A stretch of DNA of 64,000 bases from Acidobacteriota bacterium (GTDB lineage: Bacteria > Acidobacteriota > UBA6911 > RPQK01 > JAJDTT01), in NCBI GenBank assembly GCA_965217775.1, contig CBDCJH010000002.1:1472001-1536000 (forward strand), written 5' to 3'. Position numbers and translations under genes: made by a program. Below, piece by piece: positions 20,203-30,117 of the stretch (position 1 is the stretch's first letter; each line of letters begins with the position of its first letter). Under the pieces are notes generated by a model. It was not told the DNA's origin. It ran no database searches and saw only the letters and a program-made list of their open reading frames with translations.

Positions 20203-21909
20203 GTGCAGCAAACTTCCGGCAGGCGCGAAGCAAGAGTCCGACCAGCGGGAGCATTGCTGGTTGGAGTCTGCCTCATCGCTGTCCTTTCGCTGAATGGTCA
20301 GGTTTTCTCCTCGATCGACCACGCTGTTGCTCCCGTGTTCATAGAGGTGAGCCAAGAGGCGAAGCTGTTGTTTTTCCATGTGAATGGAGCCTCTCCTCAA
20401 AAATATATTGTCGAGACGGTAGGCTCGGGCGCGGGGTTTTTCGACTATGACAATGACGGCTGGATGGACGTGTACTTTGTGAACGGGGGCCCTACGCCGG
20501 CAACCGTCCCCGCCGTCGCGACCGCGAATCAGCTATTTCGCAACAACCGGGATGGAACCTTCACCGAGGTGACGGAAAAAGCCGGGGTCGGAGACACTTC
20601 CTACGGCGTCGGATGCGCTTTCGCCGACTACGACAATGACGGTCACGTGGACATTTATGTGACCAACCTGGGTCCCAATCTCCTATATCACAACAACGGC
20701 GACGGGACCTTTACCGAGATCGCGTCCAAGGCCGGCGTTGCAGATCGACTCTGGGGCACCAGCGCGGCCTTTGCAGACTACGATCAGGACGGCAATCTCG
20801 ATCTTTATGTGTGCAACTATCTGCAATTTTCCTTCGCCGGTCATCGGCGCTGCTATGTCGGGGAGGTGCCGATCTACTGCTACCCGCACAGTTATGAAGG
20901 CGCTCCCAATGCGCTCTATCGCAACAACGGAGACGGTACCTTCGCGGAAGTCACGGCAATAGCGGGAGTGAGGGAAGACCCTCAGTACAGCAAAAGCCTG
21001 GGGGTCATCTGGCTCGACATGGACGGCGATGGCGACGTGGACCTCTATGTAGCCAACGACACCACCGCCAATTACCTGTTTGAAAACAAAGGCAACGCGA
21101 CCTTCGAGGACCTCTCTCTGGTTTCGGGAACTGCCTTCAGCGGTGCGGGGGTTCCCCAGGCAGGCATGGGGATCGATGCGGCGGATCTGGACGGAAACGG
21201 CAGCTTCGACATCTTCGTCACCAATTTTTCGCTGCAGCACAATGCCCTCTATTGGAACGACGGTTCCGGTATCTTCAGCGATCGCATCCTGGAGTCCAAC
21301 CTGGCCGGTCCCGGTTTCCTGCCTCTGGCTTTCGGGACCAATTTCCTGGATTACGACAACGACGGGCTCGTCGATCTCTTTGTGGCGAATGGACATGTCT
21401 TTGACAACGCCGAATTGATCAATCCCAGTCTCCAGCATGCCCAGGCGAACCAGTTGTTTCGCCACCTGGGACAGGGACGCTTTCTGGAGATCTCGTCACA
21501 GGCGGGAGCCTATTTCTCCCGCAAGAATGTTTCCCGTGGTTCGGCCGCCGGAGACTTCAATAACGACGGCAAGCTGGATCTGCTGGTGACGAACAAAAAC
21601 GACCGGGCCGACCTGCTGGAGAACCGGACCGCCAGCCCCCACCAGTGGCTCAAATTCAAGTTGGAAGGAGCCGACTGCAACCGGGACGCGGTCGGTGCAA
21701 AAATAACCTTGACGGCCGGAGCGTATCGCCTGACTCAAGAAGTCCGGGCAGGCAGCAGCTATTTGAGCCAGAGCGACCAGCGACTCCACTTTGGACTGGG
21801 GGATCGAACCCGTGTCGATACCATTCAAGTCTCATGGCCCTGCGGAAAAACGCAGAATATTGTGCCCCCCCAAGAGTTCAATCGGATCATCCATCTGCAA
21901 GAAGAATAG
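20203..21909 (+). CDS. CRTAC1-family (FG-GAP + ASPIC/UnbV) protein
   Basis: Repeated DYDNDG..D.YV.N; SSYLSQSD.RLHFGLG ASPIC/UnbV motif. Confidence 0.92.
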   Translation: MQQTSGRREARVRPAGALLVGVCLIAVLSLNGQVFSSIDHAVAPVFIEVSQEAKLLFFHVNGASPQKYIVETVGSGAGFFDYDNDGWMDVYFVNGGPTPATVPAVATANQLFRNNRDGTFTEVTEKAGVGDTSYGVGCAFADYDNDGHVDIYVTNLGPNLLYHNNGDGTFTEIASKAGVADRLWGTSAAFADYDQDGNLDLYVCNYLQFSFAGHRRCYVGEVPIYCYPHSYEGAPNALYRNNGDGTFAEVTAIAGVREDPQYSKSLGVIWLDMDGDGDVDLYVANDTTANYLFENKGNATFEDLSLVSGTAFSGAGVPQAGMGIDAADLDGNGSFDIFVTNFSLQHNALYWNDGSGIFSDRILESNLAGPGFLPLAFGTNFLDYDNDGLVDLFVANGHVFDNAELINPSLQHAQANQLFRHLGQGRFLEISSQAGAYFSRKNVSRGSAAGDFNNDGKLDLLVTNKNDRADLLENRTASPHQWLKFKLEGADCNRDAVGAKITLTAGAYRLTQEVRAGSSYLSQSDQRLHFGLGDRTRVDTIQVSWPCGKTQNIVPPQEFNRIIHLQEE

Positions 21910-21917
21910 ACTTGGTG

Positions 21918-23159
21918 ATGAAGACCGGATTCCTGATCGTTGCTCTCTGTTTTGTTGGACTGGCGCCGGGAGAATCTGATCTGCTCCTTGATCAGGCCAT
22001 GGTCAAATTGGAGAAAAAGGACTACGTAGGTGCCTTGGCCGACCTGCGGAGAATTCTGAAAGAGCCAGAGCCAAACCCGATTGTCCACTACCAAATCGGT
22101 GTCTGCCAGACGCTGCTGGGCAAGTATCCCGAAGCCCTGGACAGTTTTCACAGGGCTCGGGCCGCGGGTATCGACGGTTGGGAACTGTGGTCAGGTCTGG
22201 GAATGGCCTATTTCAATCTGGGAGAAAATTCGCGATCTCGTGAATATTTCGATCGGGTCTTGAAGTCAAACCCTGACCATGGGACGGCGCATTTCTATAT
22301 TGGCCGGATCGAACTCAAGGAAGGATTCTACGCCCAAGCGGAACAAAGGTTTCGCAAAGTTCTGACCGTAGATCCGAGCCATGACGGCGCGTTCTTCAGC
22401 CTGGGCAGAAGTCTGGTGCTGCAAGGCCGGATAGCCGAAGGAAAGCGGGTGTCGGAACAACACCGCAACAGGCAGCATCTGCGTGACCGTCTGCAGACCC
22501 TGCAGGAGATGGCCTCCTCACCTCGAGCCCCAGCCGAGACTTTCGTTGAGTTGGGCAATGTCTATGTGGAGTTGGGTGACCGCAAGAATGCCATCCTGGC
22601 ACTCGAGAGAGCAGAAAGGTTGAAGCCGGGCACGCTCCTCACCAGCCTGGCCCGGGGGAAGATCAACTACTTCGAGGGGAAGTTTGCCGCCGCCGAGAAG
22701 TATTTGAGCCAATACTTGAAGTTGCGAGGAGAGGCCTGCGATGCCCACATGTTCCTGGGCCTGTCCCAAAAGGCGCAACGAAAAGTGGATCCGGCACGAG
22801 AAAGCCTCCGCAAGGCGCTGGAATTCTGTCCCCGCCGTACATTGCTGCTTTCCAATCTCGCTGAACTTGAGATCCAGGGGAAAAATCTCAAGGAGGCCCG
22901 GGCTCTGGCCGACGAAATCTTGCTCCTGGATCCGGCTTCACCAACGGGTCCCTTTCTGGTGGCGGTATGCAGAGTGTACAGGAAGGATCCGGTAGGAGCC
23001 GAAAAATGGGCACTTCAAGCCTTACAGCTCAACCCGAACGATCCGGAGCATCATCGTCTTTTGCGGCACATCTACTCGGCAAAGGGAGAACCGGAGAGAG
23101 CCAAGGAACACGCGAAGCAAATGCAACGGCTATTGCAAAAAAGGACGTCAAATCCCTAA
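21918..23159 (+). CDS. Tetratricopeptide repeat protein
   Basis: Signal peptide MKTGFLIV...; multiple TPR helices (LG.AY..LG, AHFYIG, AFFSLG). Confidence 0.85.
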   Translation: MKTGFLIVALCFVGLAPGESDLLLDQAMVKLEKKDYVGALADLRRILKEPEPNPIVHYQIGVCQTLLGKYPEALDSFHRARAAGIDGWELWSGLGMAYFNLGENSRSREYFDRVLKSNPDHGTAHFYIGRIELKEGFYAQAEQRFRKVLTVDPSHDGAFFSLGRSLVLQGRIAEGKRVSEQHRNRQHLRDRLQTLQEMASSPRAPAETFVELGNVYVELGDRKNAILALERAERLKPGTLLTSLARGKINYFEGKFAAAEKYLSQYLKLRGEACDAHMFLGLSQKAQRKVDPARESLRKALEFCPRRTLLLSNLAELEIQGKNLKEARALADEILLLDPASPTGPFLVAVCRVYRKDPVGAEKWALQALQLNPNDPEHHRLLRHIYSAKGEPERAKEHAKQMQRLLQKRTSNP

Positions 23160-23216
23160 CTGGCCTGGTTCAATTCCAGCGGAACCGGCCATTCAGGCAA
23201 CTGCACGAGGATAGCT

Positions 23217-24899
23217 GTGTATTCCTCAGCCAAATGCAAGGCGCAACGTAGCTGTTCAGGGCCCCTGAGGGTCAGCTTGCTGTGTCTTTTCTGCCTGGTC
23301 TCCTCCTGGCCGCACACCTTGGCGCTTTCCGATTCGGCTGTCCCTCCCTCGTTTGTCAATGTGAGCAGGGAGGCACAGTTGTCCTACAGGCACGTCAGCG
23401 GAACCCTGCCGATTCGGCATATTGCCGAGACGATGGGGTCGGGCGGAGGATTTCTGGACTATGACAATGACGGCTGGCAAGACATCTACCTGGTCAACGG
23501 AGGAGCCCGGCCGGGCATCAGGGTGGCGATTTCCGCCAAGAACCGGCTATTTCGCAACCACCGGGACGGGACCTTCACCGACGTCACAACCGCCGTCGGG
23601 GTGGGCGATCCTTCGTACGGCATGGGATGCGCTTTCGCCGACTACGACAATGATGGGTTCGTGGATATTTACGTGACCAACCTGGGTCCCAACGTCATGT
23701 ACCACAATAACGGCGACGGCACGTTCACGGATGTTACACAAGAAGCGGCTGTGGGAGATCCGCTCTGGAGCACCAGCGCGGCTTTCGGCGACTATGACGG
23801 GGACGGATATCTGGATCTTTATGTGTGCAACTATCTGAAGGTTCCCTTTGCGGCTTCCAGCGCCATCACTTGTCCGTACAATTATAACGGCGTTCCCAAT
23901 ACCCTTTATCGCAACCGGGGCGATGGCACTTTTGAGGAGGCTACCGCACAAGCCCGAGTCAGAGAAGATTCTTCGTACAGCAAGAGCCTGGGGGTCATCT
24001 GGCTCGACGCGGACAACGATGGGGATTTGGACCTCTACGTAGCCAACGATACCACCGCCAATTTCCTGTTTGAGAATCGCGGCGATGGAACGTTCGAGGA
24101 CATTTCACTGGTCTCGGGAACCGCTTTTGGTGAATCGGGAGCTCCCCAGGCTGGAATGGGAGTGGATGCGGCGGACCTCAACGGAAACGGTCTCTTCAAC
24201 ATCTTTGTCACCAATTATTCCTTGCAGCACAATGCTCTTTATTGGAACGAAGGTTCCGGTATCTTCAGCGACCGCGTCGTGGATTCGCGCCTGGCCGGAC
24301 CCAGTTTCTTGCCATTGGGCTTCGGGGCCAATTTCTTCGACTATGACAACGATGGGTTCGTCGATCTCTTTGTGGGCAACGGGCATGTCCTGGAAAACAC
24401 CAAAGAGGTCAGCCCCAGCACGGAATACCGCCAACTGAACCAGTTGTTTCGCCATCTGGGCCAGGGACGCTTTGTGGAAGTTTCCTCCCAAGCGGGCGCT
24501 TATTTCTCACGCAAGAACGTCAGACGCGGCTCGGCGACGGGAGATTTCAACAACGATGGGAAGGTGGATCTTCTGGTCACCAACAACAATGACGGCGCCG
24601 ACCTGCTGGAGAACCGGACCGCTGGCCCCAACCATTGGCTGAAACTCAAGTTGGAGGGAACCCACTGCAACCGAGACGCGGTTGGGGCAAAGGTCACATT
24701 GACGGCCGGAGATTATCGGCGGACTCAGGAAGTACGGGCCGGCAACAGCTACTTGAGCCAGAGCGACCTGCGGCTCCACTTCGGGGTAGGGAATCGAACC
24801 TACATTGATTCTCTACAGGTCTCCTGGCCCTGCGGAAAAAAGCAGCGTCTTGCTTTGATCGAGAAATTGGATCAGATCATCCACATTCAGGAAAAGTAG
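23217..24899 (+). CDS. CRTAC1-family (FG-GAP + ASPIC/UnbV) protein, paralogue 2
   Basis: Same motifs as 20203-21909 with long near-identical stretches; start codon uncertain. Confidence 0.92.
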   Translation: MYSSAKCKAQRSCSGPLRVSLLCLFCLVSSWPHTLALSDSAVPPSFVNVSREAQLSYRHVSGTLPIRHIAETMGSGGGFLDYDNDGWQDIYLVNGGARPGIRVAISAKNRLFRNHRDGTFTDVTTAVGVGDPSYGMGCAFADYDNDGFVDIYVTNLGPNVMYHNNGDGTFTDVTQEAAVGDPLWSTSAAFGDYDGDGYLDLYVCNYLKVPFAASSAITCPYNYNGVPNTLYRNRGDGTFEEATAQARVREDSSYSKSLGVIWLDADNDGDLDLYVANDTTANFLFENRGDGTFEDISLVSGTAFGESGAPQAGMGVDAADLNGNGLFNIFVTNYSLQHNALYWNEGSGIFSDRVVDSRLAGPSFLPLGFGANFFDYDNDGFVDLFVGNGHVLENTKEVSPSTEYRQLNQLFRHLGQGRFVEVSSQAGAYFSRKNVRRGSATGDFNNDGKVDLLVTNNNDGADLLENRTAGPNHWLKLKLEGTHCNRDAVGAKVTLTAGDYRRTQEVRAGNSYLSQSDLRLHFGVGNRTYIDSLQVSWPCGKKQRLALIEKLDQIIHIQEK

Positions 24900-25027
24900 G
24901 AAGTTGTGTACGACTGAACAGGCAAAGGAGCGTCTGGAGGAAGAGGGTTGGGAACTGTTGCCGAGGCGCCGGTATTTGATTCCACCCTCCAGCGCGTGCC
25001 ACTTGGAGTGGTTGGTGACCCGTACGG

Positions 25028-26638
25028 CTAAAGCGAGTTGAGAAACGCCAGCAGTGCATCCAGCTCAAGCTTGGACAGATTCTCCACGTACAGGCGTGAC
25101 TGTTCGGCTTCTCCGCCGTGCCACATGATCGCTTCGAGCAGGTCTCTGGCACGGCCGTCGTGCAGGAACGAGGTGTGACCATTCACGACTTTGGTCAGGC
25201 CGATGCCCCACAAGGGAGGCGTTCTCCATTCGCTGCCCGTCGCCAGGAAATCCGGCCGGGAATCGGCCAGGCCCGGCCCCATGTCATGCAACAACATGTC
25301 CGTGTAAGGGCGGATCACCTGGTCGGCCAGCTCGGCGACGGGAAAGTCGCCGGTTTTCAGTACCGGAACGTGGCAACCGTGACAATTGGCCCGGGCAAAG
25401 ACCATCTGTCCCCGTTGGACTTCCGGGGACGCGACATTGCGCCTCGCTGGAACGCCCAACGTCTGGATGTAGAAGGTCGCGTCCTGAAGAGTTTCCTCGT
25501 CGATTTCCGGATCGTCCTCCAACAGGTCGTCCTGGACCTGGCCGGTGGAGCTCTCTTCGACGAACACCGGGGAGGTGACGCCGATATCGTTATGGTACGC
25601 TGCAGCAGCTTGCAATCTCAGACTTGGGCTGTTCGCCTTCAGTCCGAAACGCCCGGGCACGGTCTGCTCGTGCTCCAGGTCCCAAACATAGTTGACGCGT
25701 CCTGAAATCCCGTCGCCGTCCGCATCCTCCTCGTCGGCCATCGCGAGGATCGTATGTGCCGGTACCGCCTCGAGCAGACCCCGGCCGAAAACAGGTGGTC
25801 CGACCCGCGGGGAAAACAACGTATCCCCCGGCAAATCGCTGACAGGTTCTACGCTATGGGAGGGTGTCCGCAAATTCACCTCCACACCGCTGCCACCCAA
25901 TGAGATCGTCTCTTCCTCGTAAGTGACGGTCACCGTCGCTTCCGGCTCCGTTCCAAAAATGGCCTTCGTGAACAGTTGCGTCCCGAATCCCGGAACTGGG
26001 ACCGGCCCGCCCGTTCGAGGATCGGTCCCGGGCAGGCTCAGACGGAGAAACATGGTGTCCATTTCCTCGCCGTGTCCCGGCGCGGCGTCTCGCCCATCCT
26101 TGGGGTGACAGGACTCACAGGAATTGTGATTGAAGACGGGACCCAACCCGGAATTGACCGGCGCCGGGGCTGTCACGAAGACGGCCCCGAAATCCTTGTC
26201 ACCCTCCCGGTGACGCGTCGCTCCCTCAGGCGACAGGTTCGGAGCCGGCGTAGAGAAAGCATTACTGGTAGCTGTGAAGACGGTCGTATTGCCGCCCGAG
26301 AGGGCAGGGTCCAATTCCGCCACAACGAAATTCGAGACTTTACCGGTTGCGTCCGCCCGATAAGGAACAACGGCGATCGCATAGCTGTCCAGCTCTCCCA
26401 AGCGAATCGAGAAGTTGCGCCCCGGACCCAGACCGAGAACTCTCGTGGGCTGAAGTTCCGGATACGGTGAGTAGAGGAGGAGGTAACCATCGGCCCCGTC
26501 GACGGCCGTCCATTCCGCCATGATGACAGACCCGTCCTGGGAAACGGTGAGGACAGGCGCGTCGGTCATGGTGAACCCGACAGCGGAGCTCACCATGACG
26601 CCAATCGAGACGATCGCTATGCAGACACTGAATCTCAT
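25028..26638 (-). CDS. Di-heme oxidoreductase (DHOR) family protein with N-terminal FN3-like domain
   Basis: GLGPVFN..SCESCH, GRGLLEAVP, CHGCH, YTDMLLHDMG, WRTPPLWGIG, LHDGRAR. Confidence 0.92.
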   Translation of the reverse strand: MRFSVCIAIVSIGVMVSSAVGFTMTDAPVLTVSQDGSVIMAEWTAVDGADGYLLLYSPYPELQPTRVLGLGPGRNFSIRLGELDSYAIAVVPYRADATGKVSNFVVAELDPALSGGNTTVFTATSNAFSTPAPNLSPEGATRHREGDKDFGAVFVTAPAPVNSGLGPVFNHNSCESCHPKDGRDAAPGHGEEMDTMFLRLSLPGTDPRTGGPVPVPGFGTQLFTKAIFGTEPEATVTVTYEEETISLGGSGVEVNLRTPSHSVEPVSDLPGDTLFSPRVGPPVFGRGLLEAVPAHTILAMADEEDADGDGISGRVNYVWDLEHEQTVPGRFGLKANSPSLRLQAAAAYHNDIGVTSPVFVEESSTGQVQDDLLEDDPEIDEETLQDATFYIQTLGVPARRNVASPEVQRGQMVFARANCHGCHVPVLKTGDFPVAELADQVIRPYTDMLLHDMGPGLADSRPDFLATGSEWRTPPLWGIGLTKVVNGHTSFLHDGRARDLLEAIMWHGGEAEQSRLYVENLSKLELDALLAFLNSL

Positions 26639-26673
26639 CGTCGGTCATCGAAACGCGCCTGTTCCCGGCGGAC

Positions 26674-27996
26674 CTACTCACCCAGCACGTGGCCGAGCAG
26701 CTCGCCTTCGATCAGGAGTTGCAAGTCGATCACGGCTTCCTGAGCGATTTCGATCTGGGCGCGTCCCTCGTCTGTCGATATCGCGCTCCTGAAGGGGTAC
26801 GGAATCTTCTCAATCTCGCTGATGGCCGTCGATATCTTATCGCGCATGTTCTGATCCAACTCGGTGTTGGTCCGTCTCACGAGATCGTTCAGTCCAGGAC
26901 CGTCATTATGCAGGTAACGGCCGATGTAGACGTTTTCGATGCCCCGAATATTGTCGGAAAAGTCCATTATCGAGTTGTAGCTGAACTGGGACTCCACGAG
27001 TTCGGTGTTCCTCTCGTCAAAGGGATCCGCAATCTTGCCGTTGCCGACTTCATCGGCAATGATGCCCATCCCTTCAACCAGTTCCTGAAGAGCCGAGGTT
27101 GTGCTGGTGTAGATCGTGCTGGTGGTTCCGGCATTGACGAACTCGGCAAGATAGCTTTCTTCTCCGGGACGCCAGCCATCGGCCAGAGTCCTGGTGGCCG
27201 TCGCCAGGTTGAGGCATACCGCCACCAGGTATTCTTTCTGCCTCGCGGTCGGCTCCGACGGGGCCTTGGCACTGCCGACACCGAACAGCAGGTATTCGAT
27301 GGTGTGGAATCCCTTCAGCGTGTCTTCCAGATTCGCCACGAAATCCTCGGTGAGAACGTTGTCGCTTCTCAACACTGCATCCAAATCGATACGGTTCACC
27401 GGCCAACTGTCGATGGCCGGATCGAGCCCCGCAGTGTCGACCGGGCCGAACAGGTACGCCTCGGTCTGCTCCCAGGCCCGCCGCGCGTTGCGCCAAGCCT
27501 GTTGAGCCGCCAATAGATTCTCGTCGGAGGTGTCGAAGCTGACGGCGTACACCGCATTGAGCAGAACCGCGGCACGTCTTTCCAATTGGGCGTAGTCGGC
27601 TGCGATGACCATGTGGGCCACGTTGGCGATGATTTCAGCTTCGGTGGCGTTTGCATCAGCGGGATCCACCGACGTCGCGTGGAAAATTTCGATGTTCGAC
27701 CAGCCGCTTTCCTCCTCGCCGCTTTTCGCCGAGACGGCGGTATAGTAATGGGCGCCCTCTTCCTGGTTGGTCGGAACACTGGTGACATCCGCACCGAAGT
27801 CCACGTAACCGACCGGGTTGGCATCCGGATACGGAGCGTAGTACACGCGGTATCCGTCTGCCCCGACGACGTCGTCCCAGTACAGCGTCACGCTCGTGCC
27901 CTCCACGGTCAGCGACAGAACCGGAGGCCGGAGCTGAGCCTGGGACCATGAACTGAAGAACATGACCAAGCTGGCTACCACAATTGATTGTCTCAT
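26674..27996 (-). CDS. Imelysin-family (IrpA-like) iron-regulated protein with N-terminal FN3-like domain
   Basis: WEQTEAYLFGP, IDSWP, KGFHTIEYLLF (HxxE), ESQFSYNS; start MRQSIVV with AG-rich RBS. Confidence 0.9.
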   Translation of the reverse strand: MRQSIVVASLVMFFSSWSQAQLRPPVLSLTVEGTSVTLYWDDVVGADGYRVYYAPYPDANPVGYVDFGADVTSVPTNQEEGAHYYTAVSAKSGEEESGWSNIEIFHATSVDPADANATEAEIIANVAHMVIAADYAQLERRAAVLLNAVYAVSFDTSDENLLAAQQAWRNARRAWEQTEAYLFGPVDTAGLDPAIDSWPVNRIDLDAVLRSDNVLTEDFVANLEDTLKGFHTIEYLLFGVGSAKAPSEPTARQKEYLVAVCLNLATATRTLADGWRPGEESYLAEFVNAGTTSTIYTSTTSALQELVEGMGIIADEVGNGKIADPFDERNTELVESQFSYNSIMDFSDNIRGIENVYIGRYLHNDGPGLNDLVRRTNTELDQNMRDKISTAISEIEKIPYPFRSAISTDEGRAQIEIAQEAVIDLQLLIEGELLGHVLGE

Positions 27997-28025
27997 TTCT
28001 CTTTTCTCCTTCTCGATTCGATCGA

Positions 28026-29576
28026 TTAGTACTCGTAGGCAACGCCCGCTGAGAGCGTGTTTTCCCGGTTCTGCGTCGCGGCGCCCAACGTCCTCCAACT
28101 GTGTCCAAATTTCCCGACGAATCCAGGCAAGAACCGGTAGTTGAAGCCAAGCGTCCAGCTTTCCCGGTCCCACCGGGGGTTCTTGAATACCAGCGGCTCC
28201 ACCTCGTCCATGCTGTCGACCTGGTCGTAGCGAACGAACAGGTCGAGCGGGCCCGGATTGACGCGAAAACCGCGCTTGAGCCAGTCGGATATGTCGTAGC
28301 CGAACTCGACATAGACCGACTCGGCAGCCCGGGCCACGGGCGAGCGGACGACTCCCAGGTTGTTGGACAGTCGTCTGTTGGACCGCGTCAGCAGGTCGGA
28401 ATTTTCCAGCGTTCCACGGATAAATTCCCCCCTTAGAGTGATCGCGCCGACTTCCCAGGTTCCAAACACCGAGCCGATGTTCACGTGCACGTCGTAGTCC
28501 ACGTCATCCTTCGGACGATTGTCGGCCGTGTTGCCGCGATAGAACGAGACGCCAACCATGCTGCTGGCGGTCGGGTGGTAATTCAGATTGAAGACGTAGG
28601 CCGGATTCTCGGCCACTTTGTATTCGAATTTCTCTTGAAAACCGCCCCGGACCCAGTTCGCCGAACTGAATCCCGTCGAATCCAAGCCATTGACGATCTG
28701 AGCCTCGTACTCGAGATAGCTGTCGCCGAAGAGCCCCAGTTCGCCAAAAACGCCGGCGCCGTTTTCGTGCCAGGTGACGGGTATTAGGGGGCTGGCCGTC
28801 GCATCGCGAGCGGCGGTGAAGAATTGGGACGGTTTGTGGCGTTGGTTCAGCAACCCCACAGGTAGGATCACGTGCCCGAATTTCAGGCTCAGAGGACGGG
28901 AAAACAGGATCTCGGCATGTGCCTTCTCGAGTTCGATCTCGCCACCTTTTTCGATTTCTTGTTCGAATTCTCCGAACTCTTCGAATACGTCAAACTCCGT
29001 GGCGGCGCCGACACCCCCATGCTCCAAGGCCACTTCCACCTCCACCTTGAATTTGTCGATGGGCTGGTACTCGGCTTCGAATATGATCCTTTCGACATCG
29101 GTTCTTGCCCGGCGGTCGGCGTGAGTCTCCCAGTCGTAGTTTTCGAAAAAAATCGTCCCGTAGCCTGAGAACTCCCAGTTGGAATCGTCGTCCGGCTTGG
29201 CGGCGGGATCAGGCACTTTCGCGGCCAATGGACTCTCGGGCGTAGGCGGAACGGGTATTTCCGGTCTCGGACGATCGACCAGTCCCTCCACCTGCTTCCG
29301 GAGTTCATCCAGCGACTGTTGCAGAACTCGGATCTGCTCTTGTTGCGCTTCGATGATCCGGAGCAATTCTTCAGGATCGGTGATCTGACGCCTGACCGCC
29401 CCTTCTTTTGAGACCGGTGTGCCTTTGTTCTCCTCCGTTGGGGCGGCAGCATGAAGCGTTACCAGGAGCAGCAGAAAACTAGCCGTAGCTATTACACTCT
29501 TCCTCGCCAGTAACGACCTGTTCCCACCCATGCCTCTATCTCTTTGGACCATTGCCGACCCTGTGCGTCCATTCAT
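28026..29576 (-). CDS. Outer-membrane porin associated with imelysin/DHOR iron uptake
   Basis: Signal peptide plus coiled coil, EVEVALEHGG, LIPVTWHENG, C-terminal aromatic YEY; start uncertain. Confidence 0.75.
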   Translation of the reverse strand: MNGRTGSAMVQRDRGMGGNRSLLARKSVIATASFLLLLVTLHAAAPTEENKGTPVSKEGAVRRQITDPEELLRIIEAQQEQIRVLQQSLDELRKQVEGLVDRPRPEIPVPPTPESPLAAKVPDPAAKPDDDSNWEFSGYGTIFFENYDWETHADRRARTDVERIIFEAEYQPIDKFKVEVEVALEHGGVGAATEFDVFEEFGEFEQEIEKGGEIELEKAHAEILFSRPLSLKFGHVILPVGLLNQRHKPSQFFTAARDATASPLIPVTWHENGAGVFGELGLFGDSYLEYEAQIVNGLDSTGFSSANWVRGGFQEKFEYKVAENPAYVFNLNYHPTASSMVGVSFYRGNTADNRPKDDVDYDVHVNIGSVFGTWEVGAITLRGEFIRGTLENSDLLTRSNRRLSNNLGVVRSPVARAAESVYVEFGYDISDWLKRGFRVNPGPLDLFVRYDQVDSMDEVEPLVFKNPRWDRESWTLGFNYRFLPGFVGKFGHSWRTLGAATQNRENTLSAGVAYEY

Positions 29577-29850
29577 ATTCGACCGACCAACTCGTGGCGG
29601 CCCCAGCAGGGCTGTATTTATCGGCGTTCAACCATCGACGCTGCGGGCCGGTCCCATGCCGTTCGTCCTGCTCCGGGCCAGCCACGCCAATTCCTGCAAA
29701 CTCCCGCTGCATTGGTAAAAACATCCTGTTGGACAAGCGACGCCATGCGCAGAAGATCGGCTAGGGCAGTGCGCTCCGGACCCCTCCCATTCATCCTCCG
29801 ATTATCAAAAGGGTTCCCATGGAAGAGGTCTATTCGGCTCCACTCTTATT

Positions 29851-29869
29851 GAAAATGAACATCATTATC
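29851..29869. promoter_or_regulatory. Fur box
   Basis: GAAAATGAACATCATTATC, 16/19 match to GATAATGATAATCATTATC, upstream of the iron-uptake operon. Confidence 0.8.
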
Positions 29870-29910
29870 GGCAAGGAGGCTCTATCGTAGGGGTGTTTTT
29901 AAGTGAGATC

Positions 29911-29943
29911 AAGTGAAAATGAAAATCAATTTCATTTTCACTT
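29911..29943. promoter_or_regulatory. Extended Fur box / 14-bp perfect inverted repeat
   Basis: AAGTGAAAATGAAA-atcaa-TTTCATTTTCACTT, containing GAAAATGAAAATCAATTTC (15/19 Fur consensus). Confidence 0.8.
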
Positions 29944-30117
29944 GTGGGCTATCGAAACAACCGGTGGCGTTAACGGCGGGACTTTTCAAGCCTGGCACGA
30001 ACGACTCAGACTTTCGGCAGGGAGATTTTCTGTTGAAGGGCTCCAGTCGGCACGAACCGCTAGTCCACCGGGCGCTGATCCAACCGCCCGACCCTCAAAA
30101 CTCGCCGATGCCTGTCG

